A stretch of 64,000 bases of DNA from an uncultured Spirochaetota bacterium. Its GTDB lineage: Bacteria > Spirochaetota > Spirochaetia > SZUA-6 > Fen-1364. The stretch is taken from contig CAWJSK010000015.1 of NCBI GenBank assembly GCA_963845535.1, forward strand, positions 224,001-288,000, written 5' to 3'. The notes under the pieces were generated by a model. The model made no database searches. It was given only the letters and a program-made list of their open reading frames with translations, and was not told where the DNA came from. A program made the translations under genes and the position numbers. This document shows, piece by piece, positions 39,278 through 48,718 of the stretch; position 1 is the first letter of the stretch; every line of letters begins with the position of its first letter.

Positions 39278-39306
39278 ACTATAGCCTCATTTGCTCTGTA
39301 TTGCAA
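39278..39306 (-). promoter_or_regulatory. Sigma70-type promoter for oxidoreductase-nuo operon
   Basis: Minus strand TTGCAA-17 bp-TATAGT, about 85 bp upstream of the GTG at 39192; overlapped by inverted repeat TATAGCC(39280-39286)...GGCTATA(39308-39314). Confidence 0.65.
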
Positions 39307-39357
39307 TGGCTATATAAGAACTTTTGCTTATTCCAAGGAGTCGATCACCGCCGACGT

Positions 39358-40220
39358 CTATGAGCCCCCGTTGAGCGTCAGCGTGGATCCCGTGCCCACT
39401 TCCCGAAATGCGCCGGGAAATCGTCCATTCAGGTATTCCCGCGCGGCGTCCCCGGTGCAGTGGCACGGACAGATCAGCCGTGGATGGAGCTTCTCAATCC
39501 CGTCAGCAAGGAGGGCAACCGCCTCGGGCGAAGCCTTCGAAAGATGCATGCCTCCGACGATGGCTCGCAGCCGTCCCGTCCGGGAGGCGCTCAGGGCGCA
39601 CGCCACCGTGTTGTAGACTCCTGCATGAGAGCAGCCAAGAAAGACGACCACCCCGTCGGCTGTTTCGAAAGCCAGCGCCTGGTCATCCAGAAGCGGATCA
39701 GGTGTTCTGCATTCCGCGTCGAGAAAGAACCGGCCGGCAGGCGTCTCGGTGGGAATGCTCCGGGGATCTCTCCCGTCAAGAAAATCGCGGGCTGGAGGTG
39801 GGTCACGGAATTTGTCCAGTGGACGTATTCCTTGCGAGTTGCGAAAAGCTCCCCTGCGCCAAGCGGGAATCCCGCCGCCCGAACCGTGCCGTCCGCCGAC
39901 TGGGAGTACCGCTCCCTCAACGCGGTGGGATGCAGAAAGAGATCAGCCTTCTGGCATGCCGCCAGTGTGGCCTGCATCCCTCCGGTGTGGTCGTCATGTC
40001 CGTGGCTGATTGCCACTGCGTCGATTTCAGCGGGTTCGAGGCCGAGCCGCCGCGCATTCTCCAACGCGGCCGCGCTCTGCCCCGTGTCGAAGAGCACTCG
40101 GAAATGATCCGCTTCGATCCAGACGGAAAGGCCGTGCTCGGCCTTCAGGCCGGCCGTTCCCGGCGAATCATCAATAAGGACCGTGAAGCGCAGGCTTTGC
40201 ACGAAGCTTAATGGGCGCAT
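39358..40220 (-). CDS. MBL-fold metallohydrolase (COG1237-like), one frameshift near 39760
   Basis: 'AEHGLS', 'LFDTGQ', 'SHGHDDHTGG' then, in the other frame, 'DDQAL', 'GCSHAG', 'GGMHL', 'PCHCTG'; adding 1 base gives 288 codons. Confidence 0.88.
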
Positions 40221-40558
40221 TGATTGCCTCCCGCCATATGAAATCTCTCATCCTTGAGCGTGCCTTTCAGGTATCCGCAGATGACTTCCTCGATGTCACC
40301 ATGAATGAGCGGGATGACCTGAATGCCTCGCGCCTCCACGGCGCGCCGGACCGGCACAGATATCGCGCCGCAGATCACCCCGCACGCGCCTGCCATCTCA
40401 AGCCTGAGGGCGATGGCTTGCGGAGATGCTTCGGCAAGCCTGACCTCCCTTCTTGCCGTCACTTTCCCGTTGATGACGTCGACGAGGAGCAGCGTCCTGG
40501 CAAAATCGAGCGTGGTTGCAACGCGCCCCTGCCAGGCGGCTATCGCTGTTCGGCTCAT
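40208..40558 (-). CDS. NifB/NifX-family (orange-protein-like) small protein
   Basis: 'GRVATTLDFA', 'VICGAIS', 'GIQVIPLIHGDIEEVI...GTL'. Confidence 0.8.
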   Translation of the reverse strand: MSRTAIAAWQGRVATTLDFARTLLLVDVINGKVTARREVRLAEASPQAIALRLEMAGACGVICGAISVPVRRAVEARGIQVIPLIHGDIEEVICGYLKGTLKDERFHMAGGNQCAH

Positions 40559-40572
40559 CCAGTAGGTATTAA

Positions 40573-40588
40573 TGCATGAAGCATGCCA
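40573..40588 (-). promoter_or_regulatory. Sigma54 -24/-12 promoter
   Basis: Minus strand TGGCATGCTTCATGCA (GG-N10-GC), just upstream of NifX-family gene and downstream of a sigma54 activator. Confidence 0.75.
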
Positions 40589-40715
40589 GGAAGGAGGAAA
40601 ACGGAGGTCGTGTTCAATTCGTTATGCTGATTGATATTAGGCTACGGCTATTCGAAATGAAATCTCATAGGATGCATTTCTGCACTCTTTCCGTAGCGCG
40701 GAGATTGCAGGAATG

Positions 40716-42044
40716 CTACGAGTTGTGGATGCCGAGAGCCTTCATCTTGCGAAACAGGGTCGACTTGTGCATGCCAAGCTCCCCCGCGGTCCTGGCCCTG
40801 TTCCAGCCGTTGCGCTTGAGCGCGTTCATGATGAACGCAGCCTCCGACTGACGGAAGCTCCGGTAGCTGCCCTGCTGGCGCGGCTCGTGCTCCCGACTTT
40901 CGCCGCGTAGCGGTTCAGGCAGATGGTGCCAGTCGATCTCTCCGCTTCTGCAGAGGATGAATGCCCGCTCGATGATATTCTCGAGCTCCCGGACATTTCC
41001 CGGGAAATTGTACGCCATCAGGCACGACATGGCTTCGTCGGTCATCCCGGCAACATCGCGATCTTGTATGTGGTTCAGCTTTGCAATGAAATGCTCGACG
41101 AGAAGAGGGATGTCCTCCATGCGGTCGCGCAAGGGGGGAAGTGACAGGCACACGACGTTTATTCTATAGAAGAGATCCTCCCGGAAAGTCCCTGCCCGAA
41201 CCAACCCTTGCAGGTTCTTGTTCGTTGCCGCGATTATCCTTACGTCCGCGCTGACGGGCTCCGTGGAGCCAAGCGGTTCGTAGGAGCGCTCCTGAAGAAC
41301 CCGCAGCAGACGAACCTGCAGGGCAGGGGAGACGTCGCCAATTTCGTCAAGAAAGAGCGTCCCTCCCTCCGCACGGGCAAAACGGCCGGGGGCGTCTGTT
41401 CGTGCATCCGTAAAGGCGCCTGCCCTGTGGCCGAACAATTCCGACTCGAGCAGAGTGTCGGGAAGGGCCGCGCAGTTCACGGCGACAAACGGCTTTTTCT
41501 TCCGCATGCTGAGGGAGTGCAGAGCGCGCGCGAACAGTTCCTTCCCCGTGCCGCTTTCCCCTTCCAGGAGGACGGTGCTGCCTGAGCGGGCAACATCAGG
41601 AAGAATATCGAAAAGCTTGCGCATGCAATGGCTGCGGCTGATGATGTCCTCGAAGCTGTACTCCCGCTCGATTTCCTTGCGAAGGGTGTCGATCATCGTA
41701 AGGTCGCGGAATGTCTCCACCCCGCCCAGGATCTCACCACTGCGGTCTTGCAGGATGGCCGTGGTGATGCTGATGGATCTCCTGGTTCCCGACGCATCGA
41801 GAATTGCCACGTTCTTCCCGAGCACCGGCTTTCCCGAGCGCATGGTCTGATGCAAAGCGCATTTGCCTTCGCAGATGCTGGCTCGAAGGATCTCCCGGCA
41901 GGGCATGCCAATGGCACGCGCGCGTGGGGTGCCGGTGATTATTTCCGCGGCGCTGTTGAAGGACGTGATTCTGAAGGACTTGTCGACGGTGAAAACTCCC
42001 TCGGTGATTGAGTCGAGAATGATCGTCTGGATCTCATCAGGCAT
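40716..42044 (-). CDS. PAS-domain sigma54-dependent activator (OrpR-like)
   Basis: PAS with '[14 protein letters not shown]', [14 protein letters not shown], '[10 protein letters not shown]', Fis-type HTH; start uncertain (42044 or 42086). Confidence 0.92.
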   Translation of the reverse strand: MPDEIQTIILDSITEGVFTVDKSFRITSFNSAAEIITGTPRARAIGMPCREILRASICEGKCALHQTMRSGKPVLGKNVAILDASGTRRSISITTAILQDRSGEILGGVETFRDLTMIDTLRKEIEREYSFEDIISRSHCMRKLFDILPDVARSGSTVLLEGESGTGKELFARALHSLSMRKKKPFVAVNCAALPDTLLESELFGHRAGAFTDARTDAPGRFARAEGGTLFLDEIGDVSPALQVRLLRVLQERSYEPLGSTEPVSADVRIIAATNKNLQGLVRAGTFREDLFYRINVVCLSLPPLRDRMEDIPLLVEHFIAKLNHIQDRDVAGMTDEAMSCLMAYNFPGNVRELENIIERAFILCRSGEIDWHHLPEPLRGESREHEPRQQGSYRSFRQSEAAFIMNALKRNGWNRARTAGELGMHKSTLFRKMKALGIHNS

Positions 42045-42161
42045 TGGCGGGATTTCCTGGGCTGTCCGCTGGCACCTGCCCAGCATAGTTCACGCGTCAT
42101 AGCTGCGCAAGCGGCGCATGGCCATGCTGGCCCTCGTACCCGGCGCATGTCGTGCGCAGGT

Positions 42162-43412
42162 TTATCCCTTCGCGGCCGTGAGCAGGGCGAGCATGTTTTC
42201 CGCCGGCACCGTTGCCTGGATGTTGTGCACGTTGTTGAATACGAAGCCGCCGCCGCGGCCGAACACAGCGCTGTTCCGAAGCGCTTCTTCCCGCACCTGC
42301 TCGGGCCGCCCAAACGCCAGAGTGTGTTGCGCGTCCACGGCGCCGCCCCAGAAAACGAACCTGTCACCGTACTTCCCCTTGAGCGTCTCCGGGGACATCC
42401 CCGCGGCGGAAATCTGGACGGGATTCAGGATGTCGACTCCCGCTTCCGCAAAATCTTCAAGGAACGCCGTTATGGAGCCGCACGTGTGGAAGAAGGTCTT
42501 CCATGAAGTGTGCGCGTGCACCCAATCGTTCATCTTTGTGTGCAGAGGCTTGAAGATTTCTCGATAAGCCTGCGGAGATATGAACGGCCCGTTCTGCGAG
42601 CCGAAATCCGTGCCGCTCATGAAGATGACGTCAATGCGGCCACCCACCGCCTCGTGGTACATCTGGAGGTTCTTCATCTGCATTTCGAGCTGCAGGTGGA
42701 AAATCTCTTCTATATAACTCTTGCGCGTGAGGGTGGAGACGTACCACTCCTCGGGGTCGCGGATTCCCTTGGGATGAGGAACGTCCGGGCCCGGGACGAA
42801 TGCTATGTCCCCGAACCCGGCGCCGCCAAAGTTGCCCACAAGGGAATAGTCGCTTTCCTCATACCACTTTCTTGCCGTGCGCTCCAGATACCGCAGGTCC
42901 TCGTCCGTGTACAGCGCGCAGCTCTGCACGACCCACTCACGCGGATCCAGCTTCGATTCATCAATGGGCTCCTGGCGGACGATTGTGTCGAAATAGAACC
43001 CGTCCTTTGGCATCCTGCCGGAAGGCGGCGCAGTGCGGTCTCCTTGGGGATACTGGACGATATCCCCGTTGGCGAGCACGTCGTATTCGAAATGTCCTGA
43101 AATTTCCACCTCGGTGCCATCGAACATGCGGAACGTCTTCCAGTCCTCGTTCCTGTAGCCGAAGATCGTCGTCGGGAGCTGGATGCCAACCGTGTCGACC
43201 CCCAGGGCGTCCTTTACGCTCTCTTCGACCTCCGCAAGTATCTGGAACGGGTCATAGATGCGGACAACCCCGCCGCTGATTCCGAGCGCTTTTTTCAGGC
43301 GCGCGTACGCCCCGGCCTGGATGCCCGTCACGAGTGTGCTTCCGAGGTCAAGGGGAGGACGGTCAGGCTCCTCGTGGTTGATCGCTTTACGAACTCTTTC
43401 TCGTGATGTCAT
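42162..43412 (-). CDS. Uroporphyrinogen decarboxylase / MtaA-like family protein
   Basis: 'MTSRERV..AINHEEPDRPP', 'GTDFGSQNGPFISP', 'FFHTCGS', 'GGGFVFNNVHNIQ'. Confidence 0.9.
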   Translation of the reverse strand: MTSRERVRKAINHEEPDRPPLDLGSTLVTGIQAGAYARLKKALGISGGVVRIYDPFQILAEVEESVKDALGVDTVGIQLPTTIFGYRNEDWKTFRMFDGTEVEISGHFEYDVLANGDIVQYPQGDRTAPPSGRMPKDGFYFDTIVRQEPIDESKLDPREWVVQSCALYTDEDLRYLERTARKWYEESDYSLVGNFGGAGFGDIAFVPGPDVPHPKGIRDPEEWYVSTLTRKSYIEEIFHLQLEMQMKNLQMYHEAVGGRIDVIFMSGTDFGSQNGPFISPQAYREIFKPLHTKMNDWVHAHTSWKTFFHTCGSITAFLEDFAEAGVDILNPVQISAAGMSPETLKGKYGDRFVFWGGAVDAQHTLAFGRPEQVREEALRNSAVFGRGGGFVFNNVHNIQATVPAENMLALLTAAKG

Positions 43413-43437
43413 GCCTGTCTCCCCAGTGATAGGCGGC

Positions 43438-44955
43438 TCAGTGCGCCGTGGCCTCGGAAGCGGTTGCTCCGCCCGTGGCGTATGTCATGATTCGGTGCTC
43501 ATCCACCTCCGCTCGTTCCAGGATCCCCATGACGCGGCCCTCGTGCATGACCACGACCCTGTCCGCCATGGCAATCACCTCGGGAAGCTCTGATGAAATG
43601 AGCGCGATGGCTATCCCGGAGCGCGCGAGGCGGCGGATGAGCTCATAGACTTCGGACTTCGCGCCCACGTCAATGCCGTGCGTGGGCTCATCAAGGATAA
43701 GCACCTTCGGCGCCAGTGCGAGCCAGCGCGCCAGCACCGTCTTTTGCTGGTTCCCGCCGGAGAGGTTGCGGACCGGCTCGTCAGTGGACCGTGTTTTGAT
43801 CGCGAGGCTTCCCACGTAGGACTGTACGGTGTCTTTCAGCTTGCCATGGTCAATGCCGAACCCCCGCTTCATTCCCCGCAGGCTGGCCAGGGACATGTTG
43901 AACCATATGGGCTGATCCATGAAGAGGGAGAGCTTTTTCCGATCCTCAGGCACCATGGCAAGGCCGGCCGCAATGGCCTGGTAGGGCGCGGTGAAATGGA
44001 CTGGGCGGCCTTCCAGCGTCACTTCCCCTCCGTGCCTGCGCTGGGCGCCGAAGATTGCCCGCCACGCCTCACTCCTTCCGGCTCCCACCAGCCCGGCGAA
44101 GCACAGGATCTCTCCTTTTCGCAGGTCGAAGGACACCTCGTGAAAGCCCTCTCCAGAAAGTCCTTTCACGCACAAGATGGCCGCCCCCAGATCACCGTGC
44201 GGAACGTACTCCCGGTTCAGCTCCCGTCCCACCATCATCTTGATCACGGACCCCGCGGTGGCGTCGGCGCTATCCACCGTGCCCACGAGGACGCCGTCAC
44301 GCAGCACCGTGATGCGGTCCGAGATCCTCAGGACCTCGTCGATCTTGTGGGAGACGTAGATCACGGAAACGCCGCGGCTCTTCAAGGATCCGATCACGGA
44401 GAAAAGCCGTTCCGACTCCGTTTCACTCAGGGATGAGTTGGGCTCATCCATGATGATCAGCCGGGCCTTGATGGAAAGCGCCTTGGCAATCTCAACGAGC
44501 TGGCGCTGGGAGATGGGCAGGTCGCTCATGAGGCTGCGCGGGTCGATGTCCAGTCCGACCTCCGCAAGGGCGGCTCGGCTTTTCTCTTCGAGGAGCTTCC
44601 ACTGAACTCTCCCGCGCCGCGTGGGCATGCGGCCCATGAAGAGGTTCTCCACGACGTTCAGCGTGGGAAGGACGGACAGCTCCTGATGGATGACGGCAAT
44701 TCCCGCGGCAATGGCTTCCCGAGGCGAGGAAAAGGACACTTCGCGTCCTTCCAGGTCGGTGCGTCCTGCGTCCCGGGAGATGATCCCTCCCAGGATTTTC
44801 ATCAGCGTTGACTTGCCGGCGCCGTTTTCCCCGACCACCGCGTGGACTTCCCCGCGGCGCACCTCGAGGGAGACTCCGTCCAGGGCTTTCAGCCCGGCGA
44901 AGCTCCTCGCAAGACCCTGCACCCGGAGCATGAGGTCCGTTTCGTTGGATTGCAT
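43438..44955 (-). CDS. Sugar ABC ATP-binding protein (RbsA-like)
   Basis: GENGAGKST, DEPNSSL, LSGGNQQK, DEPTHGIDVGAK. Confidence 0.95.
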   Translation of the reverse strand: MQSNETDLMLRVQGLARSFAGLKALDGVSLEVRRGEVHAVVGENGAGKSTLMKILGGIISRDAGRTDLEGREVSFSSPREAIAAGIAVIHQELSVLPTLNVVENLFMGRMPTRRGRVQWKLLEEKSRAALAEVGLDIDPRSLMSDLPISQRQLVEIAKALSIKARLIIMDEPNSSLSETESERLFSVIGSLKSRGVSVIYVSHKIDEVLRISDRITVLRDGVLVGTVDSADATAGSVIKMMVGRELNREYVPHGDLGAAILCVKGLSGEGFHEVSFDLRKGEILCFAGLVGAGRSEAWRAIFGAQRRHGGEVTLEGRPVHFTAPYQAIAAGLAMVPEDRKKLSLFMDQPIWFNMSLASLRGMKRGFGIDHGKLKDTVQSYVGSLAIKTRSTDEPVRNLSGGNQQKTVLARWLALAPKVLILDEPTHGIDVGAKSEVYELIRRLARSGIAIALISSELPEVIAMADRVVVMHEGRVMGILERAEVDEHRIMTYATGGATASEATAH

Positions 44956-44977
44956 CCTTCCCCTGTTCGAGCTCCCG

Positions 44978-45007
44978 AACGGGCCGCCTTTGCTCCGGCG
45001 GCCCGTT
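44978..45007 (-). terminator. Perfect 11-bp stem-loop between binding-protein and ATPase genes
   Basis: AACGGGCCGCC-N8-GGCGGCCCGTT; no U-tract, likely mRNA stabiliser. Confidence 0.55.
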
Positions 45008-45019
45008 GGGATTCTTTGA

Positions 45020-46063
45020 CTACTTGTTGTAGAACTGGGAGATGTTGTCCTTGGTCACGAAGTCCGCCTTCGTGAGCAGCCTTCCCGCCGGAGGAACGAC
45101 CCCGCCAATGAGGTAGTTGTACAGGCGGACAGCCGGGTCATGGCCCTGGGCAAAAGGATCCTGCCCGAGGGTGCCCGTGATAACCCCCGCCTTCACGAAC
45201 TGCATGGTCTCATCCACGAAGTCATAGCTGATGATCTTGACCTTGCCGGCTTTTCCCGCGTCCTGAACGGCCTTTGCCGCTCCGAAGGGGCCTCCCGCCG
45301 TGACGTAGATGGCGTCGAGGTCCGGGTTGGCCGTCATGAAGTCCTGGGCCTGGCTGTAGGCGGTGTCCGCCTTGTCCTTGTTCTCCACGCGTCCAACGAT
45401 GGTGATCCCCGGGGCTTCCTTTGCAACCTCATCCTCGAAGCCCTTGCGGCGAAGCTCGTGCGCTTCCACGGAGAAGAACCCCGTGATGACCGCCACCTTG
45501 CCCTTGCCGCCGAGCACCTTCACCATGTTCTTGCCGGCTGTCTGGCCCTGGAGATAGAGGTCCGCGCCGACGAAGAACAGGCGCTTGTTGGCCGTCGCGG
45601 TCTCGGAGTTGAACGTGGCAACGGGAATGCCCGCGGCCACCGCGCGGTCGATGTACGGCACTATCCCGGAATCTCCGGCGATGGTGACGATGCCGTCATA
45701 GCCTTCCGCCATTGCCGCCTCGATAGCCTTGCTGAACACGTCCGTGGTGTGCTGCGCGCCCGCGTTGATCCAGTCAACCTTGCAGTTCAGGGGCGCCAGC
45801 TGCTCAGCCGCCTTCATGGTGCCTTCCTTGACCGGGATCCAGAAGGGGTTGTTCTCAAGCCCGAGAACGGCGATCTTGATGGGCTTGGGCGACTTCTGGG
45901 AGACCGGCGCCACGGTTCCTTCATCCGCCGGCGCGGTGGCGCTGTCGAACGCGGGGCCCGGGGGCAACGCTTTCTTTGTTTCAGCTGTTCCGCCAGCCCA
46001 CGCTCCGAGCCCGATGAGAGCCAGCACGCAGGCGAGTACGATGACCTTTCTGGTCATGCTCAT
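45020..46063 (-). CDS. Sugar ABC substrate-binding protein
   Basis: Signal peptide, 'NNPFWIPVKEG', 'GIPVATFNS', 'GQDPFAQG'. Confidence 0.93.
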   Translation of the reverse strand: MSMTRKVIVLACVLALIGLGAWAGGTAETKKALPPGPAFDSATAPADEGTVAPVSQKSPKPIKIAVLGLENNPFWIPVKEGTMKAAEQLAPLNCKVDWINAGAQHTTDVFSKAIEAAMAEGYDGIVTIAGDSGIVPYIDRAVAAGIPVATFNSETATANKRLFFVGADLYLQGQTAGKNMVKVLGGKGKVAVITGFFSVEAHELRRKGFEDEVAKEAPGITIVGRVENKDKADTAYSQAQDFMTANPDLDAIYVTAGGPFGAAKAVQDAGKAGKVKIISYDFVDETMQFVKAGVITGTLGQDPFAQGHDPAVRLYNYLIGGVVPPAGRLLTKADFVTKDNISQFYNK

Positions 46064-46116
46064 GCTCTGTCTCCTTTACACAACGTCATTTAATAAACCG
46101 GACAACGTCCGGCTTT

Positions 46117-47130
46117 TCATGCCTGTCCAGGGCGCCGGCGCAGGTTGTCGGATGCGACGGCGAGAATGATCACCACGCCGATGGAAACGGTTTGCAGGAA
46201 AGCGGGCAGATGAAGCAGAACGAACGCGTTCCTCAATACCGCCATGATTGCGGCCCCTATGATGGCCCCCAGGATGGTTCCCACGCCGCCGGAAAGGCTT
46301 GCCCCGCCAATGACGACTGCCGCAATCACGTCCAGCTCGTTGCCTTCCCCGGCGTTCGTGGCGGCGGTGGCGAGCAGGCCTCCGCTCATGACTCCCGCCA
46401 GCGCGCACAAGACCCCCGTTGCCGCGTAGGTGAAGAGCTTCACGCGGTCCACGTTGACTCCGGAAAGCCGGGCCGCTTCCTCGTTGGAGCCCACCGCGTA
46501 TATCTGCCTGCCGAGCACCGTGTTCTTGAGGAACCAGGTAAAAACGATGACGAGCAGGATCATTTCCACAATGGGGAAGGGGACCGTCCCGAGGTAACCG
46601 TCTCCGATGAAATTGACAGAGGGATCACGCATGGGGATGTTGGATGCCACGGTGCCCTGGACGCCCGTTGCAATGAGGTAGGTGAGACCGCGTCCTATGC
46701 TCATCATCCCGAGTGTCGTGATGAACGCGTTGACCCTGACCTTCGTGATGATGAAGCCGTTGAGCGTGCCGAGGCCGAGGCCGAGGGCAAACCCGAGCGC
46801 GACGCACAACCACGGGGAGAGGCCGGAGTACATCAAGCGCGCCGTGAACATGCCCGTCACAGCCAGGAGTGAGCCGACCGAAAGGTCTATTCCCCCCGTG
46901 ATGATGACCATGGTGACCCCGACGCACATGATCGCTATGGTGGACATGCCCCGCAGGACGTTGAAAATGTTCAACGGCTTGAGGAAGTACTGGCTGGCCA
47001 TGCTCATGATGATGACGAGGACCATGAGCGCCAGCAGGACGCCGACTTCGCGATTGGCGAGCGCGCGGCGGGCCGCGGGAACAAGGGGGTTTACCCGGAG
47101 GGGCTGCAGGCTCTTGGGGACATTCTCCAC
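46117..47130 (-). CDS. Sugar ABC permease (RbsC-like)
   Basis: 'GGIDLSVGS', 'AFITTLG', 'ELDVIAAVVIGGASLSGG'. Confidence 0.95.
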   Translation of the reverse strand: MENVPKSLQPLRVNPLVPAARRALANREVGVLLALMVLVIIMSMASQYFLKPLNIFNVLRGMSTIAIMCVGVTMVIITGGIDLSVGSLLAVTGMFTARLMYSGLSPWLCVALGFALGLGLGTLNGFIITKVRVNAFITTLGMMSIGRGLTYLIATGVQGTVASNIPMRDPSVNFIGDGYLGTVPFPIVEMILLVIVFTWFLKNTVLGRQIYAVGSNEEAARLSGVNVDRVKLFTYAATGVLCALAGVMSGGLLATAATNAGEGNELDVIAAVVIGGASLSGGVGTILGAIIGAAIMAVLRNAFVLLHLPAFLQTVSIGVVIILAVASDNLRRRPGQA

Positions 47131-47187
47131 CGCGGTTTCCTTTCAACGACTGAAAATGGGATACTCTGAGGGGCCGACTCTTTCCTA

Positions 47188-47204
47188 AGCATGAGTCATG
47201 CCAA
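47188..47204 (-). promoter_or_regulatory. Sigma54 -24/-12 promoter of the ABC/URO-D operon
   Basis: Minus strand TTGGCATGACTCATGCT (GG-N10-GC), 57 bp upstream of the permease start. Confidence 0.8.
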
Positions 47205-47319
47205 CCTCAGGCCAGTTGCCATCATCGTTTCTGACAAACGATCTGCTTGCCATGAAATGAGTTAGAGCATTCTCGACTCACTTTCCTACTCTCGGTGCGC
47301 AACCGGCTCACCCGGCGGC

Positions 47320-47369
47320 GTGGCGTATTCTCCCCCCGGCGCCGCCCCGCCTGGGGCGTTTTCTCCACA
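47320..47369. promoter_or_regulatory. Candidate enhancer (UAS) pair for the NtrC-type regulator
   Basis: Two related imperfect palindromes GTGGCGTATTCTCCCC and TGGGGCGTTTTCTCCACA, about 115-165 bp upstream of the sigma54 promoter. Confidence 0.45.
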
Positions 47370-47407
47370 GCTCGCGTGACGCGTGAACATGGATTATACT
47401 CTGCAAT

Positions 47408-48715
47408 GTGAAGCGCCAGATACTCATTGTGGATGACGACCGCGCTGTCTGTGATTCCCTGTCCGACCTCTTGCGCGGCAAGGGATACGAGGTCGCCGTC
47501 GTGATGGATCCACGGGACGCCATCTCCGCGGTGGACCCGCAGTCCACGGCGCTTGCCCTGGTGGACCTGTGCATGCCCGGTATCGGCGGAATAGAGCTGC
47601 TCCAGGCCATCAAATCCCGGCTGCCGGATCTGCCCGTTGTCATCATCACGGGATACGCCACGGTGGATACTGCGGTGGCGGCAATGAAGTACGGCGCCGC
47701 GGACGTCTTCACAAAGCCCATCAAGTCTTCCGCGCTCCTGTCGCAGATCAGCCGCATCATGAGTGAGCGGCCGCTTCGGGCAGACCTTCCTGAAGACGAA
47801 GGAATCGTGACGGCTGATCCGCTCATGCAGGAAGCCCTCCGGCTTCTGGAGCGCGCGGCGCCAACGGATGCCCCCATTCTCATCCGCGGGGAAACGGGCA
47901 CGGGAAAGGAGCTGGCCGCGCGCATGGTCCACCGGGCAAGCGGCCGAAAAGCGCGCGCTTTCGTGGCAGTCAATTGCGCCGCGATGCCGGACACGCTCCT
48001 TGAGAGTGAAATGTTCGGCCATGAGCGGGGGGCGTTCACAGACGCGCGGGAAAGGAAGCTCGGGCTCCTGGAAATGGCGGACGGGGGCACGATCTTTCTG
48101 GATGAGATCGGGGAGATGAGCCTGACAACGCAGGCCAAGATGCTGCGCGTGCTGCAGGAGAAGAGCTTCACCCGGCTGGGCGGAGTGGAAACCATCCGCA
48201 GCGACTGCCGCGTGGTGGCGGCGACCAACCGCAACATTGAAGAGGCAATCACGTGCGGGCGGTTCCGGGAGGAGCTGTACTACCGCCTGGCGGTGGTGGA
48301 GGTCCAGGTCCCGCCTCTGCGTGACCGCCCCGGTGACGTCCTTCCGCTGGCGGAGCATTTCCTTCGCCAGCTTGCAAGCGCCTATGGACGGACAGGGCTC
48401 TCCCTGTCCCCGGACGTGGTGTCCACCATGGAAGCGCTCCGATGGCCCGGCAACGTGCGGGAGCTCAAGAACCTCATCGAGCGGGCCGTCATCTTCTGCG
48501 AGCAGGGCCCCATCCGCATGTCGCACCTTTCTCCGCAGTACCGGCGGCAGGACGGGCCGGGCGCGGAGCTGGCGGACAGGTTTGCCGACTCATCGCGCCA
48601 GATCATCGCGGAAGCCGTCACGCGCGCGGCAGGCTCGAAAAGCGAGGCTGCGCGGATCCTCCACATTGACCGCAAGACGCTCTACAACCGCATGAAAAAG
48701 CTCGGAATGGGATGA
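47408..48715 (+). CDS. Sigma54-dependent response regulator (NtrC/AtoC family)
   Basis: REC ('IVDDD', 'DLCMPG', 'TKP'), GETGTGKE, GAFTDA, WPGNVRELKN, Fis HTH. Confidence 0.96.
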   Translation: MKRQILIVDDDRAVCDSLSDLLRGKGYEVAVVMDPRDAISAVDPQSTALALVDLCMPGIGGIELLQAIKSRLPDLPVVIITGYATVDTAVAAMKYGAADVFTKPIKSSALLSQISRIMSERPLRADLPEDEGIVTADPLMQEALRLLERAAPTDAPILIRGETGTGKELAARMVHRASGRKARAFVAVNCAAMPDTLLESEMFGHERGAFTDARERKLGLLEMADGGTIFLDEIGEMSLTTQAKMLRVLQEKSFTRLGGVETIRSDCRVVAATNRNIEEAITCGRFREELYYRLAVVEVQVPPLRDRPGDVLPLAEHFLRQLASAYGRTGLSLSPDVVSTMEALRWPGNVRELKNLIERAVIFCEQGPIRMSHLSPQYRRQDGPGAELADRFADSSRQIIAEAVTRAAGSKSEAARILHIDRKTLYNRMKKLGMG

Positions 48716-48718
48716 GCC

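Noticed and set aside
40208..40558. Nitrogen fixation gene cluster
   Set aside because: A lone NifX-family gene with no nifHDK/ENB in the window; the family is common in non-diazotrophic anaerobes
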